From: Octopus bimaculoides
Lineage: Eukaryota
NCBI RefSeq assembly: GCF_001194135.2
Contig: NC_069004.1
Location: forward strand, 31,922,193 to 31,986,192
Length of the DNA: 64,000 nucleotides
Reading direction: 5' to 3'
The notes under the pieces are model-generated. The model saw only the letters and a list, made by a program, of their open reading frames with translations. It was not told where the DNA came from and searched no databases. The position numbers and the translations under genes are program-made. Below are positions 63,417 through 64,000 of the stretch, in pieces (the first letter of the stretch is position 1; every line of letters starts with the position of its first letter).

Positions 63417-63491
63417 GTTTTTTTTTTTTTACTGCCATGAAATTATTTGTTAATCTATTAATGAATATATACACTATATATACACACACAC

Positions 63492-63523
<32 letters not shown>

Positions 63524-63546
63524 GCATACACTCACACACATATGTA

Positions 63547-63580
<34 letters not shown>

Positions 63581-64000
63581 ATATGCATGCATACAAATAT
63601 ATATGCATACATGTGTATGCATGCACACATATCTGTATATGTGTATAAATATGAGGGTGTGTGTATACATACATATGTATATAAAATGATACAATATAAA
63701 CTAATTTTCACACACATACACTCACATATGTGTATGCATATTCAGTGCTGTGTGTATGTGTGTGTATAAGTATATATACATGATGTATGCATGTATTCAT
63801 ATGATTCTATACTTCTTTAAACATTAAACTGCAAAGAAACACGTGACCTGAGGTCAGTATAAACAGACCAAGGCTATTCCTTCGACCAAACGCCTCCCCG
63901 CCTCCACCAATAACACCCCCGTCCACCCCACCACCAAGGATAATGCATATAAATAAACACAGACCTATCAGTTTCTAACCTAATTACACTATTGTTTTTG

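Noticed and set aside
538-63769. Most of the supplied ORFs (SL/ER-, YI-, CV- and HT-rich, poly-I and X-run ORFs)
   Set aside because: They are translations of microsatellites, SINEs or N-gaps, which lack stop codons in some frames; there is no domain or splice support.

Overview
Eukaryotic, AT-rich, microsatellite-saturated genomic DNA with about 10 assembly gaps. The repeat content looks like an octopus/cephalopod genome; this is an inference from remembered SINE families, and no database search was run. Almost every ORF in the supplied track is a translation of (TA)n/(CA)n/(CT)n/(TAT)n microsatellites or N-runs and is not a gene. By reading splice sites I can assemble one apparently complete + strand gene spanning about 48 kb. 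Its 5' exon ends at 2459 with the start codon split AT|G, followed by exons 4213-4265, 45258-45425, 48801-48974 and 50252-50484. The CDS is 630 nt, giving 209 aa: signal peptide, TSP1, TSP1, LDLa and a GPI-like hydrophobic tail. The rest is four or five SINE-like families (often nested, some with TSDs), Tc1/mariner, piggyBac-like, hAT-like and Helentron-like non-autonomous elements, decayed LINE ends, and minisatellites. The most unusual signals are: (1) four hammerhead-ribozyme-like scaffolds (Penelope-like relics), two of them inside foldback inverted repeats; (2) a 103-bp near-perfect hairpin just downstream of the gene's stop codon, whose only A-C mismatch lies inside an AATAAA; (3) a GTAAG donor inside the last exon that could swap the GPI tail for another C-terminus. 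I see no CRISPR array, rRNA, intact tRNA or prokaryote-type system.
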